Below are positions 14,134 to 26,560 of a DNA stretch of 64,000 nucleotides, piece by piece (positions within the stretch are counted from its first letter, which is position 1; every line of letters starts with the position of its first letter). The position numbers were made by a program, and so were the translations under genes. This stretch comes from Eledone cirrhosa. Taxonomy: Eukaryota. The stretch is taken from positions 10,664,001 to 10,728,000 of the forward strand of contig OZ024742.1 of NCBI GenBank assembly GCA_964016885.1, written 5' to 3'. The notes below the pieces were generated by a model, which was given only the letters and a program-made list of their open reading frames with translations, had not been told where the DNA came from and made no database searches.

Positions 14134-14489
14134 TATGGTGAACTAACTGTTGTGTAACCACTTCTATATATATATATATGTGTGTGTATATGTGTATGTA
14201 TGTGTCTCTATATATATATATAGACACACATGTAACTGATCATGGTTGTGGTGGTAGTTGTAATGGTTGTTTTGGTAGTGATGGAGGTGGTAGAAGTAGT
14301 ATTGATGTAATGGATGTTGATGGTATTGCTGGTGATGATGATGGTTCTCTACTAAACTAAACTATAAAACCGTATCAATATTTCAAATTGATTTCTCTGT
14401 CCCAATTAACCAATCTTTGCTCCACTCAGAAGAGGAGTTTTTTGTTTTGTTTCAAAATTGATCAAATGATTACATATTAGGGTTGAATC

Positions 14490-15655
14490 ACACTACATCA
14501 CCACTACTACTGCCACCATCACACACCACCACCACTGCCATCACACACCACTACTACTGCCACCATCACACACCACCACCACTGCCATCACACACCACTA
14601 CTACTGCCACCATCACACACCACCACCACTGCCATCACACACCACCACCACTGCCATCACACACCACTACTACTGCCACCATCACACACCACCACCACTG
14701 CCATCACACACCACTACTACTGCCACCATCACACACCACCACCACTGCCATCACACACCACTACTACTGCCACCATCACACACCACCACCACTGCCATCA
14801 CACACCACTACTACTGCCACCATCACACACCACCACCACTGCCATCACACACCACCACCACTGCCATCACTAGCACACAGCACCACCACCACTGCCACCA
14901 TTGCCACTACTACTGCCATCACACACCACCACCACTGCCATCACACACCACCACCACTGCCATCACTAGCACACAGCACCACCACCACTGCCACCATCAC
15001 ACACCACCACCACTGCCATCACACACCACCACCACTGCCATCACTAGCACACAGCACTGCCATCACTCGAACACAGCACCACCACCACTGCCACCATTGC
15101 CACCACCACAGCCATCACGCACCACCACCCCTGCCATCACACACCACCACCACTGCCATCACACACCACCACCACTGCCATCACTAGCACACAGCACTAC
15201 CACCACTGCCACCACCACAGCCATCACACACCACCACACTGCCATCACCGCCACCACCACTGCCATCACACACCACCACCACCACTACCATCACACACCA
15301 CCACCACCACTACCATCACACGCCACCACCACTACCACTACCATCACCACCACCACCACCACGGCCATCACACACCGCCATCTCCATCACTACCACACAC
15401 CACCACTGCCACTGCCATCACACCACCACCACCACCACTGCCATCATCACTCTCATCATCACTATCACCTCAAAACCTTAATTAACACATCACCACCACT
15501 GCCATCACCACTACCACCACACTACATTAATTAACAGTCCACCACCACCAAAACCACTACCACCACACTGCATTAAGTAACACTACATCACCACCACTGC
15601 CATCACCACTACCACCACACTACATTAATTAACAGTACACCACCACCACAACCAG
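14490..15655. repeat. CAC/CCA-rich complex minisatellite
   Basis: Recurrent catcacacaccaccaccactgc units. Confidence 0.92.
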
Positions 15656-16059
15656 TACTATGTTCTTCTCTAACCTAATTATCTTTTTAGATTTATATTT
15701 TCCTTACAGATAGTTTTATATATTTTAATAATCATCTTTTTTACTTTGTTTCCCAATAAATCTATCAATAATGTTGTTTTGATTAGCAGAATGATTCAAT
15801 GATTGACTTTCAAATATGTTCCAATGAATTTTTTTAATTACTACTACTACTGCTACCGCCAACACCACCACAAATACTACTATTACTACTACAAATACAA
15901 GTATCACTACTACTACTACAACCACTACCACCATTACTACTACTACTGCTACTATTAACTATTTGCCATTAAATTGTATAGCTTTCTTTAAGATGTAGTG
16001 TGATATGTGACTAAACTGTGAATAGATAGGTAACTAAGGAATAAACACAAGAATCTTAC

Positions 16060-17515
16060 ATAATTTTTTCACACTCAGAGTTGCTGAAGCATGGAACAAA
16101 CTACCAGCATCAGTTGTTAGCTGTCGAGACACTGCATCCTTTAAAACCTCCATGGAACAAACTACCAGCATCAGTTGTTAGCTGTCGAGACACTGCATCC
16201 TTTAAAACCTCCATGGAACAAACTACCAGCATCAGTTGTTAGCTGTCGAGACACTGCATCCTTTAAAACCTCCATGGAACAAACTACCAGCATCAGTTGT
16301 TAGCTGTCGAGACACTGCATCCTTTAAAACCTCCATGGAACAAACTACCTGCATCAGTTGTTAGCTGTTGAGACACTGCATCCTTTAAAACCTCCATGGA
16401 ACAAACTACCGGCATCAGTTTGTTAGCTGTCGAGACACTGCATCCTTTAAAACCTCCATCGAACAAACTACCTGCATCAGTTGTTAGCTGTCGAGACACT
16501 GCATCCTTTAAAACCTCCATGGAACAAACTACCTGCATCAGTTGTTAGCTGTTGAGACACTGCATCCTTTAAAACCTCCATGGAACAAATTATGTGCATC
16601 AGTTGTTAGCTGCCGAGACACTGCATCCTTTAAAACCTCCATGGAACCAACTACCTGCACCAGTTGTTAGCTGTTGAGACACTGCATCCTTTAAAACCTC
16701 CATGGAACCAACTACATGCACCAGTTGTTAGCTGTCGAGACACTGCATCCTTTAAAACCTCCATGGAACAAACTCCCTGCATCAGTTGTTAGCTGTCGAG
16801 ACACTGCATCTTTTAAAACCTCCATGGAACCAACTACCTGCACCAGTTGTTAGCTGACGAGACACTGCATCCTTTAAAACCTCCATGGAACAAACTCCCT
16901 GCATCAGTTGTTAGCTGTCGAGACACTGCATCCTTTAAAACCTCCATGGAACAAACTACCTGCATCAGTTGTTAGCTGTCGAGACACTGCATCCTTTAAA
17001 ACCTCCATGGAACAAACTACCTGCATCAGTTGTTAGCTGTCGAGACACTGCATCCTTTAAAACCTCCATGGAACAAACTACCTGCATCAGTTGTTAGCTG
17101 TTGAGACACTGCATCCTTTAAAACCTCCATGGAACAAACTATGTGCATCAGTTGTTAGCTGTCGAGACGCTGCATCTTTTAAAACCTCCATGGAACAAAC
17201 TACCTGCATCAGTTGTTAGCTGTCGAGACACTGCATCCTTTAAAACCTCCATGGAACAAACTACCTGCATCAGTTGTTAGCTGTCGAGACACTGCATCCT
17301 TTAAAACCTCCATGGAACAAACTATGTGCATCAGTTGTTAGCTGTCGAGACACTGCATCCTTTAAAACCTCCATGGAACAAACTACCTGCATCAGTTGTT
17401 AGCTGTCGAGACACTGCATCCTTTAAAACCTCCATGCTTCCTTAGATTCGCCAACACTACATCTAATATCCTCCTCCATACACACGCACACATGTATATC
17501 ATGACTCATACACAA
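16060..17515 (+). mobile_element. CR1 LINE 3' fragment hosting an internal 61-bp satellite
   Basis: Flanks (ttttttcacactcagagttgctgaag / cttcct.agatt.gccaacactaca) are collinear with the CR1 copy at 42608-42775. Confidence 0.9.
16090..17436. repeat. 61-bp tandem satellite, ~22 copies
   Basis: catggaacaaactacctgcatcagttgttagctgtcgagacactgcatcctttaaaacctc; starts at 16090, 16151, 16212... Confidence 0.98.
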
Positions 17516-18730
17516 AATATATATACTTTAAGATGTATTTTCATTACAGCCCTATTTCATAGACCACAAACGATATATGCTTCTCTCTATATATCTTTTA
17601 AATTTAAATAATTGATGTTCTGAACCAAAGCCCATTAAGCTTATTTATTGAGAAACATAGTCATCATTTATATTAAATATGTATTGATAACTTAACATAA
17701 TATATATATATATATACACTTATATACACTTATATATATATATCTAATCGCTGTTTTCACCCTTTGCTTAAACTTTAATCTGTACTATGTATATTATATA
17801 TATGTATATATTGTATTGGCTCTGCCGTCAGGGTCATACTTTTTCCTATTTCCCACTCTACTACCCTAAGTATTGTGTACTGGTCCATCTGGTTCCTTAC
17901 CACAATTCCTTTGTTACTGTATATTATATATATATATCATCATCATCGTTTAACATCCATCTTCCATGCTAGCATGGGTTGGATGGATTTGTCCCACTTG
18001 AGGCAAGATTGGTCGGGTGACCGTGTCTTGCTCGTATAGGACTGTTTCTGGCAGGTTTTCTATGTCTGGATGCCCTTCTAACATCATTCAGTGTGGACTG
18101 GGAGCCTTTTTACCTTGTCTCCTACACAACCACTTTACAGTGACGACTATATATACATTACACTCACACACACATATATATATATTCTTCTTTCTCTGTA
18201 TCTTTACCCACTCTAACAGTCACTCTCTCTGTTAGCCTCTTCCTCACTCTTCACTCACTCACTCTCTGTTACTACCTCTCCTCCTCCTCCTCCTTCTTCC
18301 CGTTTGACCTGTGCGTAATTCTTTTCTTTCGCACTCTTGGTCAGGCTGGTTCACCTTTTTTCTCTCTCTCATCTACGATTTCACAGAACTTATGTTCACC
18401 GAATTCACAGACTAGATTCCTTCTTCCCCCCGTTAGACATGTACGGAATTCCTTGCTTGCTCACATTCCAACCAGGTTTGATGGTCTTTATTCTCTCTCG
18501 TTCACGATTTCACCGAACTTATATTCATGGAAATTTGGGACTTGACTCGTTCTTCCTCACTTTTCGTTGCTTCACCATCTTTGTTTGTTTACACTCTTGT
18601 GTCCCCTTTAATTACGTGTCCCAACGACTTTTTTTAGCCGTTGCTCGCACCAACCGGAGGTATATGGTCTTTAAAGCGATGAAATACCAATGATGGTTGG
18701 TAGATCACTGATGAAGGACTAACTTTATTC

Positions 18731-18761
<31 letters not shown>

Positions 18762-18923
18762 ATGTTGAAAAGGTAACACACTAGAGAGAGATATACAGTG
18801 CACTATCAATAAAACAGGGAAAACCCACCAGTGTATGGAATCTATAACCTATGAAAGGCAGACTATAGACACGATAATTAAAAATATAAATTAAAGCATG
18901 AATAATACCTCTATAACTATATA

Positions 18924-19005
18924 ACACACGTACAAATCCAAAGAGATCTGTTTCACCAGTAAGTTGTTGACAGAAATGGAATAGCCTCGGTTCCTCAGCA
19001 TGTGT
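18924..19005 (-). ncRNA. Type I hammerhead ribozyme
   Basis: acacatg-CTGAGGA-acc...ggt-GAAA-cagatc(tctttg)gatttg-TA-cgtgtgt. Confidence 0.85.
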
Positions 19006-19688
19006 GAGGCTATACATTTCAGACAACACTAAGAGGATTTTAAAAGTGACTGTCCAGCTTCACGTGGGAGAGAGAAGTCACAGCATGTTTAAGGGCAGTG
19101 AACCAGTGGCCTCTGAAGGACGAGCTGCTAGAAAGGGCAGCCCAAAATAATTCAGAGAAGTGTGCTCAACCAAACACACAGAGAAAGAGGAAAGACTGTT
19201 ATAAGGAGCGAAATATCACGATAAATTAACGGAGCCATAGACTCTCGCTATTCCCTGTAAATAATGTGCTCAAAGGAGAAGAAATCCTGAGCTCTTTAAA
19301 ATACAATATGTTGAAAAGGTAACACACTAGAGAGATATACAGTGCACTATCAATAAAACAGGGAAAAACCACCAGTGTATGGAATCTATAACCTATGAAA
19401 GACAGACTAAAGACACGATAATTAAAAATATAAATTAAAGCAGGGAATGGCAAGAGTCTACAGCTCCGTTAATTTATCGTGATGTTTCGCTCCTTATTAC
19501 AGTGTTTTCTATCTCTCTGTTTGGTTGAGCACACTTCTCTGAGTAGTTTTGGGCTGCCCTTTCTAGCAGCTCGTCCCTCAGAGGCCACTGGTTCACTGTC
19601 CTTAAACACGCTGTGACTTCTCTCTCCCACGTGTAGCTGGACAGTCACTTTTAAAATTCTCTTAGTGTTGTCTGAAATGTATAGCCTT

Positions 19689-19770
19689 ACACATGCTGAG
19701 GAACCGAGGTTATTCCATTTCTGTCAACAACTTACTGGTGAAACAGATCTCTTTGGATTTGTACGTGTGT
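19689..19770 (+). ncRNA. Type I hammerhead ribozyme
   Basis: Stem I acacatg/cgtgtgt (7 bp), CTGAGGA 19696-19702, stem II accg/tggt, GAAA 19740-43, stem III cagatc/gatttg. GUA site with predicted cut after 19763. Confidence 0.87.
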
Positions 19771-20889
19771 TATATAGTTATAGAGGTATTTATTTACGCT
19801 TTAATTTATATTTTTAATTATCGTGTCTATAGTCTGCCTTTCATAGGTTATAGATTCCATACACTGGTGGGTTTTCCCTGTTTTATTGATAGTGCACTGT
19901 ATATCTCTCTCTGGTGTGTTACCTTTTCAACATATTGTATTTTAAAGAGCTCAGAATTTATTCTCCTTTGAGCACATTATTTACAGGGAATGGCGAGAGT
20001 CTATGGCTCCGTTAATTTATCATGAAATATATATATATATATATATATATATGCATAACTACATCTATGTCTGTGTGTGGGTAAGAATATATGAATACAT
20101 AAATCTATAGCTGTGTTGTTCTCTGCTATTCTTCTTTGCCTGGATTGTCTTGTAATACAAAGAACAATTTGAGGAATTCTGTGGAGTTAATGCTATGTCT
20201 CCATCTCTATAGGTTAGTCAAACAATTCTTCACAATCATCCTCTGTTTGGTCTCTTTTAACCAAATACCATTCATTAAGTCTTTTCAACTAGCACCGTAT
20301 GACAACTACTGCTTCTTTTTTTTACCATTCTGTTTATATTTTAAACAGAGCTTTTTTTAAATATTGAAACTATCCATAATCAAAATTTACTACTATTCAT
20401 TGAAATATAAAAAAAAAGAATATATATATATATGTATATATATTTATATATGTATGTATATAATCTGCATGTGATCATGTACATATGTGTGATAACATAT
20501 AATAAAATTAATATTGGTTATTTGACCAAATGTCTACATCAGTTGTGTATACAATGTGTGTTGTTGGAGGGATGTTGGGTGTGAGTGTTGTTGTTGTTGG
20601 AGAGAAAGAAAGATTCTTCAAATGAAAGTTCATGTGTACTTGTTTTACGAATTTTCTCTGAAGAAGTGATGAAGATGATGATGATGGTGTATATATAATA
20701 ATAATATATATATAAGTGTATTCCGATGATTTCATCAGAGACACACATTGTATTTAAGGTCGAGTGATGCAATTCTGAGTGATTAGCAGCCTTTAGACTC
20801 ACCTAATCAATGAAACAATTGTTAATACTGTAAATAAAACCCTTTCTGTACAGTCAACCATGTTATTCTTCACTCTTTCACTATATATA

Positions 20890-21320
20890 TCATCATCATT
20901 GTTTTACGTCCGTGTTTCAACACTTGTATGGGATGGATGGGTTCTTCTCTCCACTCATCACATTCCTTCGTCATCTCCTCAGTGAGTCAAAATGCTGTGA
21001 AGTCAGCTCTCACAACCTTCTTGGTCTACCTCTATTGTAGCCTCCTTCTACTGGCCTTATCTGGTACTTCTTCACAAGTCAATCCACATTCATGTGCATC
21101 ACATATCCGTACCAACATAGTCTTCTTTGGTGCACACCATCTCGGATTTCTCTTAAACCATCTTCTTCTTCAGTTCATCCAAGCTCTGCCTTTCTCTCAC
21201 ATTTACATCCAATGAAGCATGGCTGCTTCATTTCCCTCCAGTCTATGCATGACTTCTGCAGTCACTGCCCATGTTTCACTACCATACAGCATCACATACA
21301 GGCATCCAACAGTTGTCCTT
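20890..21320 (-). mobile_element. Degenerate RTE 3' fragment (subfamily C)
   Basis: (CAT)n tail at left. Minus strand has LYGSETWA and R...NEA.ML.WM motifs. Confidence 0.75.
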
Positions 21321-21369
21321 TTGTATGTTAGGAGAAACCTTTATACACACACACATACATATGTATATG

Positions 21370-21406
<37 letters not shown>

Positions 21407-21469
21407 AACCTCAGCATGCCATTTCTACAGCTGCTACTACTACTACTACTACCTAACTAACTCTCTCCT

Positions 21470-24400
21470 CCCCTGTCGCAGCCCAACACACCCTGCCATT
21501 ATCCCACCACCACTGTTCTAGCCCTCAATTTTCCCACCGTTATGGATGGATGAGCTGAGAATAAATTTGAGCAACTCTGAATCAATAGATGAAATATGAA
21601 TCTGCGAGCTACCAAGCACCCATGTGAAGCGCCAATCCAGAGACCCTTCCCTACGAGTGTCGACAAATGCCCAAAACTCCGAGTTGGTACCATCAATGTA
21701 GGCTCAATGAAAGGAAGACCAGGAGAAATCGTAGAGATGCTAGAGCGAAAGGAAATTGATGTATGCTGTGTGCAAGAGACTAGATGGAGAGGAGAGTCTG
21801 CCAGAGTCCTGGTAGGAAAAAGTCGGTGCTACAAATTTTTCTGGGTGGGAAATGACGATGGGATGGGTGGTGTAGGTATACTACTAGCTGACAAGTGGGT
21901 AGATAAAGTAATCTCAGTGTACAGGGTAAATGCAAGAATCATTAAACTCAGACTAGTCCTGAATAAAATAATTACCACAATAATATCAGCTTACGCACCC
22001 CAATCGGGGCTGCCAGACGAACTTAAGGATAGTAAACACTGCGACGGCTTCAATAGAGTACATGGAGGCCATGGGGTTGGCACAAGGAATGAGGAAGGAT
22101 TCAGACTTCTAGAATTCTGCGACGCCAATGACATGTTGATATGTAACACAAACTTTAAAAAACCCAACAACCACCTGATCACCTATAGATCAGGGGAGCA
22201 CTCTAGTCAGATAGATTTTATCCTCATCAGAGGACGTGACAGATGGACGGTCATAAACACAAAAGCCTTCCCGAGTGAGGAATGTACATCCCAACATAGC
22301 TTAGTTGTCAGCGACCTCACGGTCAGAACTAGACAAACCTGGAAACAGAGGCCAACCTGGAGAAGAAAGATCTGGAAGCTGAAAGTCCCCTCAACCAGTA
22401 ACAGATTTAAAGATATTTTACTCAACACCTATGACAGTAAAGAAGAACAGATACAGACATTTAATGTAGAAGAGAACTGGGAGTTCCTAAAAAATAATTT
22501 ATTAGAGGCGACAGATGAGGTCTGTGGCTGGAGTAAGACCTCAAGCAGGAGGAGAGTGACTTGGTGGTGGAACAATAAGGTAGATGAAGCAGTTAAGGCC
22601 AAGAGACAGGCATGGAAAGAATGGAGGAACGGGTACATTACATAGAGACCAAGAGGGAAGCCAGGCGACAAGTATACTTAGCTAGGAGGGAAGCAGAGGA
22701 TAGAAAATTCAAGCATGTTTTTGCAATGTGAGGACCAGAAACAGGAGGTATTCAAGATTGCGAGGCAGTGTGTCAGAGATAGTTGTGATGTCATTGGAGA
22801 GAAGTGTATCCGGAATGATAAAGGTGAGCTTTCCCTCACAAGTGCTGAGAAGAAAGATGCATGGAAGAGTCATTATGATAGATTACTAAATGAGGAGAAT
22901 GCATGGGAAGAAGAGACCCTACCCCAAGTAGACCCTATAGAGGCGCCAACAGTACAAGTCAGCAGCAGCGTAGTAAGTAAGGCAATCAAAGATATGAAGA
23001 TAGAGAAGGCAACCGGTCCATCGGGTATAGTTGCCGAGTTGCTGAAGGCATCTAGGTCTGTAGGTCACACTATAACCACACGTATTGTTAACCAGGTAAT
23101 ACTAGAAGGTGTCATACCAAAAGATTGGTGCAGTAGCATCATTGTCAACTGCTACAAAGGTAAAGGCGGTGCACTAGATAGAGGAAACTATAGAGGTATA
23201 AAGTTGATGGACCAGGTCATGAAAGTAACAGAAAGAGTTATAGCACAGTTGATTAGGGACCGGGTGAAAATAGACGAGATGCAATTTGGGTTTGTACCAG
23301 GAAGAGGCACCACTGATGCCCTCTTCCTTGTGAGGCAATTACAGGAAAAGTACCTAGCTAAAAGTAAGCCACTCTACTTGGCATTTGTCGACCTTGAGAA
23401 AGCCTTTGACAGAGTTCCACGTGCTGTAATCTGGTGGGCTCTTAGAAAACTAGGAGTAGATGAATGGCTTGTGAAAGCGGTACAAGCCATGTATAGGGGA
23501 GCAGTCAGCAAAGTTAGGATTAGCAATGAGTATAGCGAGGAATTTAGCGTACAGGTTGGGATCCACCAGGGCTCTGTTCTTAGCCCCCTCCTGTTCATCA
23601 TAGTCCTGCAGGCAATAACGGAGGAGTTTAAGATCGGATGCCCATGGGAACTCCTGTATGCTGATGACCTCGCACTCATAGCTGAATCTATGGTGAAACT
23701 AGAGAATAAATTCCAAACTTGGAAGCAGGGACTAGAAAGAAAGGGTCTCAAAGTCAACATGACAAAGATTAAGGTCCTTGTAAGTAGACGAGAAAACAGA
23801 ACCCAGATCCCCTCAGGGAAATGGCCTTGCTCAGTATGTAGGTAAGGTGTAGGTAGGAACTCTATTCTCTGCCCCAAATGCAAACAATGGGTACACAAGA
23901 GATGTAGCGTGATCTCAGGAAGCTTAATTAAGAATGTAGGCTTCACATGCAGCAGCTGTGCTGAGACAGCAAGCAGCAAACAGCCACAGGAAACAAGTAT
24001 CACCAATCTCTGGGAGGGCTCTGTAGAAACAGTAGACAGCTTCTGCTACCTAGGTGACCGAATTAGCAGCGGAGGTGGGTGTTCAGAAAGTACAATAACT
24101 AGGGTAAGAACGGGATGGAAGAAGTTTAGGGAACTACTACCACTGCTAGCTGCAAAAGGCTTCTCCCTCAGAATGAAAGGCAGACTGTATGATGCGTGTA
24201 TCCGAACAGCAATGTTGCATGGTAGTGAGACCTGGGCGCTGAAGGTGGAAAACTTACGTAGATTAGAGAGAAACGAAGCCTGCATGCTCCGATGGATGTG
24301 TAACAGTAATATACGTGAACGACAAAGCATAAATGAATTGAGAGAGAGACTGAGCATAAGAGGAATCAAATGCTGTGTGCAGGAGAGGTGGTTGCGCTGG

Positions 24401-24938
24401 TGTGGACGTGTGATGCGTATGAAGGTATGAAGGATGACAGCTGCATAAAAAGGTGCAGAGCACTAGAAGTTGATGGAAACCGCAGAGTGGGGAGACCCAA
24501 GATGACCTGGGATGAGGTGATAAAAGCTGACCTTACCCAATTACACCTCTCAAAGGCAATGACACACGACCATGACTTCTGGCGTCACGCAGTAATACAG
24601 AGTACCCGACCTCCCATGGGTACAAGCTGAAGCATATAGACAATATGCCCCCCCCCCCCCCACCGCAAGGTGGTCGTGGAGGTGCCACGGCAAAAAAGCA
24701 CCCAGCCCACACTGTAAAGTGGATGTGTAGGCGCCACGAAAAAGCACCCAGCACTCACTGTAAATGAGGTTGGTGTTAGGAAGGGCATCCAGCTGTAGAA
24801 ATCAAGCCAAAATCAGTTCCTGTATGAGCAAGGCATGGTCAGACGACCAGACACTACTCACAACAGGACAACCCGTCTAACCCATGCTAGCGTGGAAGAA
24901 AGGACGTAAAACGGTGATGATGATGATGATGATGATGA
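21470..24938 (+). mobile_element. Near full-length RTE-clade LINE (subfamily A), inactivated
   Basis: APE domain (TINVGSM, VQETRW, AYAPQ, QIDFIL), RT (QFGF, DLEKAFDRV, QGSVLSP, YADD), PHD-like insert, GRPKMTW, 3'UTR and (GAT)n tail. The 5' boundary is approximate. Confidence 0.96.
21596..24560 (+). pseudogene. RTE ORF: APE endonuclease + reverse transcriptase + PHD-like finger
   Basis: ORFs 21596-22645, 22715-23845 and 23909-24430 are separated by frameshifts and a TAA at 23843 (AAA in the sister copy). The APE domain lacks the GDFNGHVG segment because of an internal deletion near 22030. Confidence 0.93.
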
Positions 24939-25000
24939 TATATATATAGTAGAAAAAACGAGGATGTTTTGTTGACATATAAAAGATATTTGTGTATCAA

Positions 25001-25090
25001 CCTGTTACGTGTGTTTCGCAGAGGATTGGCTCAAGGTCACCCATAGAAGTTATGGACCTGACTCCACTATCGTTCTGCTTCTCAGACTGG
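25001..25090 (-). ncRNA. Degenerate long-stem-II hammerhead motif
   Basis: ccagt-CTGAGAA(G8A)-gcaga...gagtcagg...ccttgagc...tctgc-GAAA-cacacg-TA-acagg. Confidence 0.55.
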
Positions 25091-25202
25091 TGATGTGACA
25101 AAACGAAACTTCCTTGTTTTTTTTTTCTGTTATATACACTCTGCCTGTGCATAGAGTGTTTGGTTTGGTACCAACACCTGTATTTCACTGTACTACCTAC
25201 AC

Positions 25203-25234
<32 letters not shown>

Positions 25235-25236
25235 TA

Positions 25237-25482
25237 TCATCATCATCTTTTAACGTCCATCTTCCACGCTAGCATGGGTTAGACGGGAATTGTCCCACTT
25301 GAAGCAAGATTGGTCGGGTGACCGTGTCTCGCTCGTATAGGACTGTCTGGCAGGTTTTCTACAGCTGGATGCCCTTCCTAACACCAACCACATTTACAGT
25401 GTGGACTGGAACTTTTTACCGTGTTAGCTACACGGCCATATTACAGCGTGGACTGTGTTCTTTTTTGTTGTGATACCTACAG
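25237..25482 (-). mobile_element. RTE 3'UTR fragment (subfamily B); similar copy at 17938-18140
   Basis: Matches 62325-62560; (CAT)n at the left end adjoins (TA)n. Confidence 0.85.
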
Positions 25483-26259
25483 AATAGGATTTGAGGTAGA
25501 CTGTACTGCCATTTCTAACAAGTTGATCAACTGTGTAGATATCTCCTCATATGTTTAAACAATTCATTGTTAGTTTGTATTAGGGAAAGTATAAAGAAAC
25601 CAAAGAGCTGGCAGTGTTTCTCCATATCAGACATTCTGTTTATATTGGTTATGTAATTTACGCAACATAATTTTCCAACAATTTATATAATATGATATAA
25701 ATTGCAGATCTAATAGTGTTTATTGATAACAAAATTCCCTGCGGTCTTTCAAATGGTTACATTCTTTCCTATGTTCTTTTGACTTGATACCAACCAGACT
25801 GGTAAACAAGTCATTAATACTAATACCATACAACTACCATATTTTCCTTCTTAGTCTTCATTCTTCGGAACATTGAAACTAAACTTTTACTACTCTCCAT
25901 TGCATTCTCTCTGTTATCTCAAACATTTTCTGTTTAGTCTTTCTGATAATTATTTTGTTTGACTCTTTGACTTGTCTCTATTTTCCCTAGTTGAGAGTGA
26001 GTTATGTCCCTTCCCCATCATCTTCCAACATGTGAGGGAGTCTGTTGGATAAACTAACTAGGGAATTTATTAGATGAATTAATGTGGGAGCTTCTATGTG
26101 GCCATTCAGTCTGTTAGAAGTAGCAGTATAATCTCCCACAAATCACAACATACCCATTTAGTAAATGAAATAACACATTAGATAATGTAGGTAGAGGTAA
26201 GAGCCTTAACTCCTTATGGAGTTGTAGAGCTGCTGACCTGACATACTGGGCACTTTACA

Positions 26260-26560
26260 CATGGCAGAGTCCATCCCTTTCCAGCCAGCCCACCATCTCC
26301 AATCTCTGCCAGACTCTATCCCGTTCCAGCCAGCCCACCATCTCCAATCCCTGCCAGACTCTATCCCGTTCCAGCCAGCCCACCATCTCCAATTGATCCA
26401 GCTAGATCGCCAAGTGAAACCAACCAAGCTCATGGATGTTATCCAACCATCTTGCTTGAGGTCTCCTGCCATTTGTCTCTCTGCCTGTAAAATCTTTCAA
26501 GTAATTCTTTCTTTAGACATTCTAACCACATATCTGTATTACTGGAGCTGTGATCTCTCG
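26260..26560 (-). mobile_element. Old RTE-like C-terminal remnant with a 45-bp triplication (26266-26392)
   Basis: Minus strand reads GRPQARWLDNIHEL. atcccgttccagccagcccaccatctccaat recurs three times at 45-nt spacing. Confidence 0.55.

Larger units (their letters stand above)
12826..14166 (-). mobile_element. Penelope-like retroelement, 5'-truncated, with an inverted pseudo-LTR
   Basis: Minus strand gives the RT C-terminus (YIHKDSCHPP...[35 protein letters not shown]), then the GIY-YIG domain. 12891-13001 and 14056-14166 are ~110-bp inverted repeats. (TA)n on both sides. Confidence 0.92.
18758..20026. mobile_element. Non-coding ~545-bp hammerhead-containing repeat in tandem plus inverted arrangement (retrozyme/PLE-pLTR-like)
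   Basis: Unit 18758-19303 repeats from 19304 to ~19441. 19441-20026 is an inverted ~1.07-unit copy. (TA)n on both sides; no credible ORF. Confidence 0.8.
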
